From assembly GCA_963674745.2 (NCBI GenBank), contig CAXXDV010000003.1, positions 1,312,001 to 1,376,000 of the forward strand: a stretch of 64,000 bases of DNA, in the 5' to 3' direction. Position numbers and translations under genes: made by a program. Below the pieces are notes generated by a model that searched no databases, was not told the DNA's origin, and was given only the letters and a program-made list of their open reading frames with translations. The first letter of the stretch is position 1; each line of letters starts with the position of its first letter. Source of the DNA: Desulfosudaceae bacterium. Lineage in GTDB: Bacteria; Desulfobacterota; Desulfobacteria; Desulfobacterales; Desulfosudaceae. Shown here piece by piece: positions 1-9,631 of the stretch.

Positions 1-245
1 AGGAATGTGAGGTAACAATTGACGCCGGGACATTAATGAAAATGATGCTGGTTTGTACCTACGGCAATATGTACCGAAATCAATGGCCATTACCGACAAA
101 ACCTGATGCGAAGGTTGCAAGTGACACAGTACCCGCACCGTTAGAAACAGGCACCCCAAAGGCCCCTGAAAAGACAAGCGCAAGCCCATTGCAGCAAGAG
201 GACGATAAGATGAATATCACCATCTCAACCGACATGCTCCCCTGA
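1..245 (+). CDS. 3' end of a hypothetical protein (frame open from the window edge), Pro/Thr/Ala-rich tail
   Basis: Frame of ORF 36..245 is open back to position 3 (ECEVTIDAGTLMKMM...); no family recognised. Confidence 0.5.
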   Translation, partial: ECEVTIDAGTLMKMMLVCTYGNMYRNQWPLPTKPDAKVASDTVPAPLETGTPKAPEKTSASPLQQEDDKMNITISTDMLP

Positions 246-509
246 AAGCCATCTGATATTTCATGACTTGGTAAATGAAAAAATACAGAAGGGCCGTTAC
301 AAAATTCGGTATGAATCAATATCGGTAGCCCTGGAAGACAATAAGTCAAGCAAGGGTTTGGCTTCAAAGCAGAAGGGGGTATATCTTTTAAGTTCTTTAT
401 ACATCTAAACATTTGAATTTTTGTGGTTTTAATGCTTATTGGTTTAGTTGTGGAAATTGGATGTCAATGCCGTCAAATTTCTGTATGGGTTGGTAATAAT
501 AGCTTTAAT

Positions 510-529
510 TGTCTCATATATATGAGACA
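510..529. promoter_or_regulatory. Perfect 20-bp palindrome, candidate enhancer (UAS) for a sigma54 activator
   Basis: TGTCTCATATATATGAGACA, about 130 bp upstream of a -24/-12 motif. Confidence 0.55.
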
Positions 530-658
530 CATGTGAATAAATTATCTGATTTGTCTTTAAAAATTCGTTTTTATCGGGGTCGCATATAAAATAAAATTTC
601 TTATTAATTCAATGTTTTAAACTGACAACAAGACGCCTGTGGGGTTCACCTCCAGCAG

Positions 659-674
659 CGGCATGACCTTTGCT
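659..674 (+). promoter_or_regulatory. Putative sigma54 (-24/-12) promoter of the DVU0772-family gene
   Basis: CGGCATGACCTTTGCT = GG-N10-GC, close to consensus TGGCAC-N5-TTGC. Confidence 0.6.
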
Positions 675-767
675 GTATATCCTGTAAATAGATATACAAA
701 CGAAACACATTGAAAATCATGTGTTGTTTCGGATTGATAAAACCCTTTTTTGAGCAGGAGGACGGTT

Positions 768-1127
768 ATGCTTAAACTGGAACAACTAAAACAAAATAGA
801 CGGCTGGTAAATGAAATCGACTGGAAAATGACCCCGGAAGAAGCGGTCCGGTTGTATCTTGAATGGGGAAACAACTGGGCCGGCGGTAATTACGTCATCC
901 GATCCAAAAACGATGTGACTCACTATTTTGTGGTGAATACATGGAAGGACAAGCCCCGTGTTTTTCTGGTAAAAAGAAACTCCGAAATCGCCGAAGAACT
1001 GGCTGAATTTTATCTGCCGCCGGAGATTCAGGATCAGTTCTTGAAATCGGTAGGCTACCAGAAAGGCGTATTTTCAATCAAAGGGACGGTTGAAAAGTGG
1101 CTGAAACTGGAGCTGGATTACGCCTGA
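768..1127 (+). CDS. DVU0772 family protein (small conserved deltaproteobacterial protein)
   Basis: IDWxMTPEEAVRLYLEWGNNW signature; GGAGG RBS before ATG 768. Confidence 0.75.
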   Translation: MLKLEQLKQNRRLVNEIDWKMTPEEAVRLYLEWGNNWAGGNYVIRSKNDVTHYFVVNTWKDKPRVFLVKRNSEIAEELAEFYLPPEIQDQFLKSVGYQKGVFSIKGTVEKWLKLELDYA

Positions 1128-1330
1128 CCGCATATTCATAAAAGCGGTTTCGGGCAGTCAGGTTCTCATGGCTTGCTTTGAGCTACTCTGATCAAAACAC
1201 CCGATTGAACGCAACTGCCGGTCGAATTGATTACAATATACAACAGATGCATGATATCCAGCATGAAAGATATCAGAAATAATAAGATTCGATAAAGGGA
1301 ATGATTCTTAATACGGGGGGCGTGACGCTG

Positions 1331-1645
1331 TTACTCAGCACCTTCGACAGAAAAATGTCGATCAAGTCTCATTGTGCTGAAAAGGTTTCGAATATTCTTA
1401 TCGGCATTTTCTATCTTAAGCTTGCCGCCGTTTTTCGATAACGAATTGTGCACGGCAATCATGACACCGATGCCGACTGAATCAACCATTTCTACGCCGG
1501 TCATGTCAATAATAATCTGATCCGGTTTTTCCTGAACCAGTGCATGCAGTTCGGCTCTGAATTCATCCGCCAGAGAAGCAATTATGTTTCTTCCGGGCTT
1601 TACGGTAATTTCAGTTCCCGTTTTTGTGATTTCACTGCCACTCAT
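1331..1645 (-). CDS. STAS-domain anti-sigma factor antagonist
   Basis: IIDMTGVEMVDSVGIG motif with phosphorylatable Ser; ~105 aa. Confidence 0.9.
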   Translation of the reverse strand: MSGSEITKTGTEITVKPGRNIIASLADEFRAELHALVQEKPDQIIIDMTGVEMVDSVGIGVMIAVHNSLSKNGGKLKIENADKNIRNLFSTMRLDRHFSVEGAE

Positions 1646-1739
1646 CAAGTTATTACTCCATATTGTTTATTCTGTGACTTAAAACGGTTTGTATCCTATC
1701 ATGTTTTTCATGGATAGCAACAAAAAAAAGCACTAAAAA

Positions 1740-3908
1740 TCAGGCCGTAACAATGGGGGTGGTTTCCTGTTCGTCCATCAACCGCTTGACCTGGTGGAAA
1801 AACTGATCGGTATGCTGGGTGTTCAAGGCCCAGAAGTTATAAGTTTTATCGTACGACAGGCCCAACTGGCTGAAAAAATTAGAAGGATAGATAAAAACCG
1901 GCATAATTGATTTCCTAAGGTTGCGGCAGATACGGCAAAGTGAGGCAAGCAGGGCCTCGGCGGGCAACTCCTTGCGGTCTACAATAAATATTTTAATACA
2001 ACTGGTAAATTCCGACATGTTCAGGCCGATATCCGAGGTGTTTACCATCAGAACGGCTTTAAGCCATCTCTCATGCTTGAGGGAGAGCAGATAGCGTTTT
2101 CGCTTAAACCCGAGATGGAGATACTCGTTGGAAAGGTTATTAATGCTGCCGTAAGATTGGGGGGACAAATCCAAAGATTGCAACATTAATCCGCCGGACT
2201 TACTTTCATAAAAGCTTTCCAGGATCGCCAGGTCTTCCTGAACGGCATTGTTCAGGTTATAACCGGGAGGCAGTTCATCGCTTCCCTTTCCGGTTTCTTT
2301 ATAACGCAGGTAGGCCAGCATGTCCATGGAACACCCTTTCTGGCTTCTGGTGTTTTGCGTTATACTGCTGAAAACGGATTTTGAAAATTTATCATTGGTG
2401 TCAAAATAACTGATTAAATAATCCAGGTTGGCGGATGCAAAAGTGTATGAGTCATACACATAACGGGAGGCCTGTTTGAGTAATGACAGCCGCTGGTTCA
2501 GCTGGGGAATGGAATTGGGTGAAGTGTGCAGGCACAGCAGCCAGGATTTTTCATAAAACCGGAGCATGGCCATATGACCTAATATGGCCCCTTTATCCTG
2601 ATAAATGAAATGCCGGGCGATATGAGGGTTTCTAGTATAGAGGTTGTCATATGTTTTTTTGATCTGCTCCTTTTTTTTGTGAAACGATTCATAGTTGTCG
2701 GAATAAATAATACCGTTACGGAAAAAGAAGTCCCAGAGCAGATCCATATCGACTTTGTCGCAAAGATAAGAGTTCTTATCTTCCGCCTGGCCCAGCATGG
2801 CCAGAAAATCCATATGGTCATTAAGCGCCATGTCTAAAATAGATATGCCGCATTTAACTGTGTTCTCCACCTGTTTATCGGCCTGGCTGTAGATGACCTG
2901 TCCACGGCACCTTAAAAGAAACTGGTTGCCGAACTTGATTGTTGTTTCCGGCGTTATCAGACCGGGAAGCAGTTGCGCGTCTTCTTTACCTTCTTCGACG
3001 GCAAAACCGGACCCTGACATATCCAGAATTTTAAGCTGAATGTTTTTCTGTGTCAGGGGATGCCGGATAATGACATCGGGTGAGGGGACGAGTTCCTGCC
3101 GGGTACTTCGGAACTCCTTGGGTTTAAAGCGCTGGATTTGAAAATTTAACGGTTCCAGCACAATATCGCGATGATGTTTGTCACCGGTCTGCTTGAAGAT
3201 CAGCGCCTCTCCTGAATAGACCGTATCCTTGTTGCACCTGAACACCAGGTTGACTTTACCGTTGGAGTTGATCCATTTAAAAGTCGGTGAAATTTCCCTG
3301 CTCAGCCGGACATGAAACGCCATTGTACTGAAATCCAAAAGTGTTCCGCGGTATATATTACTGTTCTGGATCATCTGCACCTGGATGCCCGTGCTGTCAT
3401 AACGCTTAACCCGTCTTTTATTAACTTCTTCATACATGCTGGGAAGCTTGAGAACGATTTTTTTTCTGGTGACGCTGATAATCCCCGGGGTTACCTGAAG
3501 GACCCGGTTGTTATCCGGTATCAACAGGTTGAGAAGGCGATAGTTTTTGATGACCGGAATCAGGTCGGAAATGTCCGTCCACAGACATTCCAGGGTCTGC
3601 CCATGACAGGGTTGAGGGATAACATGCTTGGTGATTTTATAATCATGCTGTTTATGCTGAAAGTTAATGAGGATGGTATCATCCTGGAAGTTAAGATAGT
3701 TGATGCGGTCAATCAGGTATTTAATCTTACCGCTTTTTTTGCCTCTCAATCCGGCTGTTTTTTCATTCAGGTTGATCAGCTGGGAAGGTTCATCAACCTT
3801 TAACTTGCTGCTGGTCGACGGGTCGGGGAAAATTTTGACGGTCTTGGCATCGTCGCTGGCCATCGGTTTATAAATAACATGTGTTTTCCCGGCTGGTTCC
3901 ATAATCAT
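1740..3908 (-). CDS. Large PilZ-domain protein (two PilZ-like modules plus long C-terminal region)
   Basis: RRVKRY...DFSTMAF and RSTRQ...DMSGSGF (RxxxR / DxSxxG-like) motifs. Confidence 0.7.
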   Translation of the reverse strand: MIMEPAGKTHVIYKPMASDDAKTVKIFPDPSTSSKLKVDEPSQLINLNEKTAGLRGKKSGKIKYLIDRINYLNFQDDTILINFQHKQHDYKITKHVIPQPCHGQTLECLWTDISDLIPVIKNYRLLNLLIPDNNRVLQVTPGIISVTRKKIVLKLPSMYEEVNKRRVKRYDSTGIQVQMIQNSNIYRGTLLDFSTMAFHVRLSREISPTFKWINSNGKVNLVFRCNKDTVYSGEALIFKQTGDKHHRDIVLEPLNFQIQRFKPKEFRSTRQELVPSPDVIIRHPLTQKNIQLKILDMSGSGFAVEEGKEDAQLLPGLITPETTIKFGNQFLLRCRGQVIYSQADKQVENTVKCGISILDMALNDHMDFLAMLGQAEDKNSYLCDKVDMDLLWDFFFRNGIIYSDNYESFHKKKEQIKKTYDNLYTRNPHIARHFIYQDKGAILGHMAMLRFYEKSWLLCLHTSPNSIPQLNQRLSLLKQASRYVYDSYTFASANLDYLISYFDTNDKFSKSVFSSITQNTRSQKGCSMDMLAYLRYKETGKGSDELPPGYNLNNAVQEDLAILESFYESKSGGLMLQSLDLSPQSYGSINNLSNEYLHLGFKRKRYLLSLKHERWLKAVLMVNTSDIGLNMSEFTSCIKIFIVDRKELPAEALLASLCRICRNLRKSIMPVFIYPSNFFSQLGLSYDKTYNFWALNTQHTDQFFHQVKRLMDEQETTPIVTA

Positions 3909-4212
3909 TTCCCCATGTGCGATCGATAAGTCTAAGTATATAAATGCAGTTTATATAACTTTATATTTATAACACATTTTAACAATAATATCGAGTGAAA
4001 AAATGATAGGGCTGAAGAGGCCCGGCATCCAATATAACTAACTGAAAATAATGATTTATTTTTGTTGTCATGTCACGGTTTGATTCGAATCCCGACCTGA
4101 GGGCCCATTTGCTGTGTTTCAGGCCGCTTGCAAATGTTGTCGGGGGTGCCCCTTCAGTTTCGCGTTCTGCGTCTTGTATAAACGCTCAAATCGATTCATG
4201 AAAAGATATCGG

Positions 4213-5394
4213 CTAGGAGCCGAAAGCACGGACGATCAGGGGGATGGCGGCAAAAGTACCGATGGCGCTGCCCAGGTTGACCAGTGCCACCACCAGAAGG
4301 ATACGCGTGGCCCTGTTTTTCCAGAAGCCCTTCAAGCTTGTAATATCACTGGAGAGGTCTTCCAGGTCGCCTACGGTGGGTTTTCTTAGCAGCGCTTCGG
4401 AAAGACCGGCCAGCCAGCCGGCACCGATAACCGGGCTTACGGAAGTCAGTGGCGCTGATGCCGCCGACACCAGGATGGTGAGCGGATGGGCCAGGGCAAT
4501 AATCGCTCCCAGGGCAGCCATGACACTGTTGACAACAACCCAGGCGCCCACCATTTGCAAGCCGGCATCTTTTCCGCTGAACAGAAAACCGGTCATGAAA
4601 ACCGCCATAACAGCCAGGGGGATGCTCCATTTAATGATATCCCTGCTTATCCCCGGCGGAGGAATGGTGTCGAGTTCAACCAGATCGATATCGGTCTCCC
4701 AGTATTTTTTGATACCGGTCACATGCCCGGCACCGACAACGGCTACTATGTTTTTTCCCGGTGCGCTCTTGATTTTTTGCGCCAGGTAACGGTCTCGTTC
4801 GTCAACGAGTGTTTCCCGCAGTGCCGGATAAGAGGCCGCCAGTTCCGAGAGCAGGACCTGAAGCGCGTCTTCCTGTTTTAACCGTTCAATATCTTCTTCG
4901 GTGATTTCGTCCGCGCCACTGATCGAAAACAGCAGCTGGATGAGCAGCTTAATTTTGCTGAAAAATCCGATGGATTTCCAGACCCGTGCCAGTGTAATAC
5001 GGATTTCCCGGTCAACCAGATGAACAACGGCCTGGGCTTTTTCGGCCGCGGCAATGGCACTGATCATATCCTCGCCGGGTTTTATATCAAACTGATCGGC
5101 AATTTTTTTCTGAAACGAGGCCAGCAGGAGGTTGGCCAGCAGGAGAAAGGCCTTTTTTTCCTTGACCACTTTAAAGATATCCATTTCCCGCCACTTGTTC
5201 TTGTTCTGAATGGATTCAAAACGCGGCTGGCACAGCTCAACACACACAGTGTCGGGCTTCATTTCGTCTATGAGTTCCGAGACGAATTCGGCACTTTTTC
5301 TTGAAACATGGGCAGTGCCCACCAGGGTGACGGTTTTATCGCCTCTTGTCAGGGTATCAACGTTTTGATTGCTGTTGCCTATCATTTTTGTCAT
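4213..5394 (-). CDS. TraB/PrgY (pheromone shutdown) family membrane protein
   Basis: LVGTAHVS, VCVEL, LVDERD, VAVVGAGH motifs and C-terminal TM helices. Confidence 0.9.
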   Translation of the reverse strand: MTKMIGNSNQNVDTLTRGDKTVTLVGTAHVSRKSAEFVSELIDEMKPDTVCVELCQPRFESIQNKNKWREMDIFKVVKEKKAFLLLANLLLASFQKKIADQFDIKPGEDMISAIAAAEKAQAVVHLVDREIRITLARVWKSIGFFSKIKLLIQLLFSISGADEITEEDIERLKQEDALQVLLSELAASYPALRETLVDERDRYLAQKIKSAPGKNIVAVVGAGHVTGIKKYWETDIDLVELDTIPPPGISRDIIKWSIPLAVMAVFMTGFLFSGKDAGLQMVGAWVVVNSVMAALGAIIALAHPLTILVSAASAPLTSVSPVIGAGWLAGLSEALLRKPTVGDLEDLSSDITSLKGFWKNRATRILLVVALVNLGSAIGTFAAIPLIVRAFGS

Positions 5395-5534
5395 GTGTAT
5401 TATGTCGTTATTCAGTACCCGCGCATTGGCATACGTTCACAGCGGCTGTTGCCGGAAAATGTTATCTGGCATATAGTCATGATTTAGCGCAAGTGTCAAG
5501 CAGGATAGTAATACACTTAACGAAGAGGCTGATT

Positions 5535-6353
5535 GTGAAGAAATCGAAAACCGGCATCGGTCCGGAAAATTTTATGATAACAGACGCCCCTTTTTATCTC
5601 GCCACCAGTAATGAAATCGGTTTTTTTGAGGCCGCTTATGCCGATCGGCTGCCGATGATGTTAAAAGGCCCCACCGGATGCGGAAAGACCCGGTTTGTGG
5701 AGTATATGGCCCATCGTATGAATCTACCCCTGGTGACGATCGCCTGCCATGAAGATCTGTTTGTGTCCGACCTGGTGGGCAGGTATATGTTAAAAAATGA
5801 CGAAACCGTGTGGGTTGATGGTCCGCTGACGGCTGCGGTCCGGATGGGGGCGATATGCTATTGTGATGAAATTGTCGAAGCCAGAAAAGATACCACCGTT
5901 GTAATTCACCCCTTAACCGATGATCGCCGGACACTTTATATCGACAAGAAAGGTGAGGTGGTCAGAGCACACCCCGATTTTGTGCTGGTGATTTCATATA
6001 ATCCCGGTTATCAGTCCGTTTTAAAAGATCTCAAGCAAAGTACCCGCCAGCGGTTCGTTTCCATGGCGTTTGATTACCCGGAATTTGACAATGAAGTCAT
6101 CATCCTGCGCAAGGAATCCGGAACGGACGAAGAAACCGCCGTCAAGCTGGTAGCACTGGGACAGAAGATACGAAATATCAGAGAACACGGATTAACCGAG
6201 GGCGCCAGTACCCGGCTGCTGGTTTATGCCGCCAGGCTTATCGCCGGTGGTTTCCCCCCGGTCGAGGCCTGCCGTTCAGCCGTTTGCCTGCCGTTGACCG
6301 ATGACGCCGGCCTGCAGGAAACCATGGAAGACCTGGTGCGGGATATTTTTTAA
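5535..6353 (+). CDS. CbbQ/NirQ/NorQ (MoxR-type) AAA+ ATPase
   Basis: Walker A GPTGCGKT, Walker B CYCDE, SYNPGYQ, KQSTRQRF and STRLLVYA motifs; start GTG 5535 or ATG 5574. Confidence 0.92.
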   Translation: MKKSKTGIGPENFMITDAPFYLATSNEIGFFEAAYADRLPMMLKGPTGCGKTRFVEYMAHRMNLPLVTIACHEDLFVSDLVGRYMLKNDETVWVDGPLTAAVRMGAICYCDEIVEARKDTTVVIHPLTDDRRTLYIDKKGEVVRAHPDFVLVISYNPGYQSVLKDLKQSTRQRFVSMAFDYPEFDNEVIILRKESGTDEETAVKLVALGQKIRNIREHGLTEGASTRLLVYAARLIAGGFPPVEACRSAVCLPLTDDAGLQETMEDLVRDIF

Positions 6354-6377
6354 CAAACCCGGTGCTAAATCCGGGCC

Positions 6378-9173
6378 GTGATGGAACGCCCTGTTTATGT
6401 TGACGACATGAATGACATGCGCTTACAAACGTCCGATCCCATGTCTCTCCTGGTTACGGCAGACCCGGAAACCGCGGACCGGGTCCGCAACAGCCTCAAG
6501 GCGACCGGTGTTGAGCCCGAAAGGGAAACATTGGCCCGGATGGTCAATGACGTAATTTACGGTCTTTCCATTGATACGTCACTCGGCAGGGCGATTACCG
6601 ACGGTTATTTGAAAATGATCGGCGCCGGTGTAAATGTGCGGAAAATGGGCGTTTACAGCCGTGTCGTTCATCGTGAGGGTGCGGTCAATACCACCTATGC
6701 CGTCATTATGGCCGGCAGCCTGGTTGATGTGCTGATATGGGGAGATGACGCTCTCTTTGACGCTTTTTCCCGGGCCGCCACGTTGTTTAAAAGCAAGTGG
6801 TTGTACGCCCTGGCACCGGAGCCGTTGAATGTGGTCTCCGAAATAATCGGCCCTGAAAACACATCAGCCGGCATGGCCTGGCTGGATTTTTTGTGTGATG
6901 TGTTTAATCATGACCTGACGTATAACCAGTTCCGGCGTTTTTCCGGTATTTTTCCTAAAACCATCCGTTCCTGGTCGGCCGATAAACGGTTCTGGCGGAT
7001 CAATCAGCTCCGAAGGGTTGTCCGGAGGGATTTCAATCTGGCCTGTATTTTTGTGGATGCGTTGAATCGTGAATTGTCACTGCTTGGCGAAGAAGGGCTG
7101 GAATCTTTTGTCTCAGAAGGTCTGGTACGATACAGCCGGGACGAAACCAGGGGGACAAAATTTCTGGGTTTGTCCACGCGATCCGCGGTTGAAGCCTGTC
7201 AGGGCCTGCGCACAACAGGTGTTCTGTCGCTGAACCGACGGCAGCTGATATCATACCTTCAGGCAAGATGCGGAAATCCTTTACCGGTTCGTCCGATATC
7301 CGTCATCGATAAATTGTTGCCCGACATGAAAGACCGGCAGACGCTGGCCGGTTTTGACGGTCGAACGATTTATCTGGCCGATGAGATCAGCCATTTTAAC
7401 GGCCACCGGGAAAACGATTTCCTCTACAAGGCCCTGGCGTGGATTGAGGCCGGTTTGTTTGAGTTCGGCACCTTTGATTTTGATCTTGAAAAAGTCGCGG
7501 CCCTTTGCCCCGACGCCGGTCTTCTGAAAAACATTGACCATAATGAGATGACCGATATGGAGCGTTTTTTCCTTTCCTTTTCCGATTCCCGGATCGCCCG
7601 CGATCTGTTTACCGTTTTTGAGTATGGTCGGGTACGCACACTTCTGGAAAATGTTTATCCGGGCGGGGCCGGACGCTATTTTCCCCCGCTCCGGAAGGAG
7701 GCGCAAAAACTGTGGGAATCGGCTTCACAACGCAATCTGATGACGTTTTTATATAACCGGATCGCCTTACAAGCCGATACGGCCCAGTGGGCAGGCAAAT
7801 GCATTCACGCGCCAACGGCTTCGAAAATTGTGGCTATTTTTAATAACCTTACGGCCGGTGCCGGGAATGTCGAAGCCAGTGCCCAAGGCGTGCTTCGTGT
7901 TCTGACCGAAACAGGAAGTGATATCTTTCGAGACCGGCTGAACTACACGCCAATGGTAACACCGTTCGGCCTGAAGGTCCGACCTGAGCTGTTTCACGCC
8001 GCCTTTGCCGCCTATGAGAAACAGGCCGGAGCGTTAAAGGAAAAAATCGCCCGCATGTCCGGTAAATCCGTCTACAAAGCGGAAATTCGAAAACGGCTGA
8101 TCGAACAGAACGGGTTAATATCCGCCGATGACATACACGAGATGGTCCACGACGTCAGAAAAAAAGACGGCGGGGCTGATCCGGATAACGGCGGAGAATT
8201 CCTCTTAAACGATATCGATATCGAGGCGCTTTACGCCGACAGTGGTGTGAGATCGCCTGCCACAGATACTTTCCGTGGCCAGGTCTTCCGGTATCACGAG
8301 TGGGACCGGAACATCGGTGATTATCTGGCTGATCATGTCCTGGTCCGTCAAAGAGCCACTATTTCCGGAGACTCGGATTTTTACCAGGCCACATTGTCTA
8401 AAAACAGCGGCCTGGTTAAAAAAATCAGATACGCGTTTGAAATGCTGAAACCCGAGGGTATCGCGATTCTGCGCAAGTGGCGGGAAGGAGATGATTTTGA
8501 CTACCGCCAGCTCCTGGAATACGCTGTTGATAAAAAATCCGGAAGAACGCCTTCCGACCGGATTTATATCAAACGATTGAAACAGGAACGCGATGTGGCG
8601 GTATTGCTGCTGCTTGATTTTTCCCGGTCAACTTCCAACAATGTGGCCGGTTCGGAAACAACCATGGTGATGGATGTTGAAAAAGAAGCGCTGGTTCTTT
8701 TCTGCGAAGCGTTAAAGGTGACCGGAGACAAATTCGCCATTGCCGGATTCTCGGGAACCGGTCGTCTCGGCGTTGATTATTTTCCGGTTAAGTCTTTTGA
8801 AGAACCTGTCAGCGGTGACGTGGAACAACGAATCGGTATCGTCAGTCCGCAACGGAATACCCGCATGGGCGCTGCGGTCCGACATGCGACAGCAGCCTTT
8901 TCAGATATAACCGCCAGGACAAAATTGCTGATTATTATCAGTGACGGTTTTCCCAACGATATTGATTACAAACGTGATTACGCACTGGCCGACACGCGAC
9001 GCTCGCTCCTGGAAGCCAGAACACAGGGTATTATTGTTCACAGCATTACCATTAACATTGCCGGTGATGCCCGCCTTGATGAACTGTATGGAAGGGTTCG
9101 CCACAGTGTTATCTCAGACGTGCGTGAACTGCCGGACAGGTTGATACGGATATACGGGCGTCTTACAGGATAG
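6378..9173 (+). CDS. CbbO/NorD-type von Willebrand A adaptor protein
   Basis: Y(H)EWD motif; MIDAS DFSRS...NTRMGAA...ISDGFP in the C-terminal third; directly follows the CbbQ-type ATPase. Confidence 0.88.
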   Translation: MMERPVYVDDMNDMRLQTSDPMSLLVTADPETADRVRNSLKATGVEPERETLARMVNDVIYGLSIDTSLGRAITDGYLKMIGAGVNVRKMGVYSRVVHREGAVNTTYAVIMAGSLVDVLIWGDDALFDAFSRAATLFKSKWLYALAPEPLNVVSEIIGPENTSAGMAWLDFLCDVFNHDLTYNQFRRFSGIFPKTIRSWSADKRFWRINQLRRVVRRDFNLACIFVDALNRELSLLGEEGLESFVSEGLVRYSRDETRGTKFLGLSTRSAVEACQGLRTTGVLSLNRRQLISYLQARCGNPLPVRPISVIDKLLPDMKDRQTLAGFDGRTIYLADEISHFNGHRENDFLYKALAWIEAGLFEFGTFDFDLEKVAALCPDAGLLKNIDHNEMTDMERFFLSFSDSRIARDLFTVFEYGRVRTLLENVYPGGAGRYFPPLRKEAQKLWESASQRNLMTFLYNRIALQADTAQWAGKCIHAPTASKIVAIFNNLTAGAGNVEASAQGVLRVLTETGSDIFRDRLNYTPMVTPFGLKVRPELFHAAFAAYEKQAGALKEKIARMSGKSVYKAEIRKRLIEQNGLISADDIHEMVHDVRKKDGGADPDNGGEFLLNDIDIEALYADSGVRSPATDTFRGQVFRYHEWDRNIGDYLADHVLVRQRATISGDSDFYQATLSKNSGLVKKIRYAFEMLKPEGIAILRKWREGDDFDYRQLLEYAVDKKSGRTPSDRIYIKRLKQERDVAVLLLLDFSRSTSNNVAGSETTMVMDVEKEALVLFCEALKVTGDKFAIAGFSGTGRLGVDYFPVKSFEEPVSGDVEQRIGIVSPQRNTRMGAAVRHATAAFSDITARTKLLIIISDGFPNDIDYKRDYALADTRRSLLEARTQGIIVHSITINIAGDARLDELYGRVRHSVISDVRELPDRLIRIYGRLTG

Positions 9174-9178
9174 AATGA

Positions 9179-9598
9179 ATGATTATTTATAATGATATAT
9201 ACAGCTGGGAGGGCCTGGGCCGGAGATTCGGTCTGGCTGTCGGGAAAATCCGGTTGCGTATCTTTAACCTGAACGAGGGCGATAACGCTGATATCCTGCA
9301 TCTGCGTCCGATTATCGTGGTTGTTTCCGATGTTCCGGGGGAAAAGATTTCCGTTAAAGGTTGGGCCGGGCCCCTGGCCAGTTATATTGTCAATACGTTT
9401 GACATCAATCATCATCGGATGCTCTGGGTGGAATTTTATCCGGCTGTTGAATACGGCAAGCGTAAAATCAAGCATATTCAAGAAAAATTCGAAGCTGTGG
9501 ATTTTGACTGGGAAGCGGGCAGGGCGGTAAGACCCCGCTGGCGGGATCTTACCGCGCCCCTGCTGGATACGGTCCGGGAACTGGTATATACATCCTGA
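9179..9598 (+). CDS. Hypothetical protein, operonic with the AAA+/vWA pair
   Basis: 139-aa ORF starting 5 bp after the vWA stop. Confidence 0.7.
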   Translation: MIIYNDIYSWEGLGRRFGLAVGKIRLRIFNLNEGDNADILHLRPIIVVVSDVPGEKISVKGWAGPLASYIVNTFDINHHRMLWVEFYPAVEYGKRKIKHIQEKFEAVDFDWEAGRAVRPRWRDLTAPLLDTVRELVYTS

Positions 9599-9631
9599 CA
9601 CGGACCAGGCGTATTATGTCGCGATAAAAAA

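Noticed and set aside
4213..5394. TraB name suggesting a conjugative element
   Set aside because: This is the chromosomal TraB/PrgY family; no relaxase, T4SS or integrase is present
5346..5534. Long N-terminus of the CbbQ-type ORF
   Set aside because: Overlaps the divergent traB start and has no family similarity; a later start with RBS is more plausible
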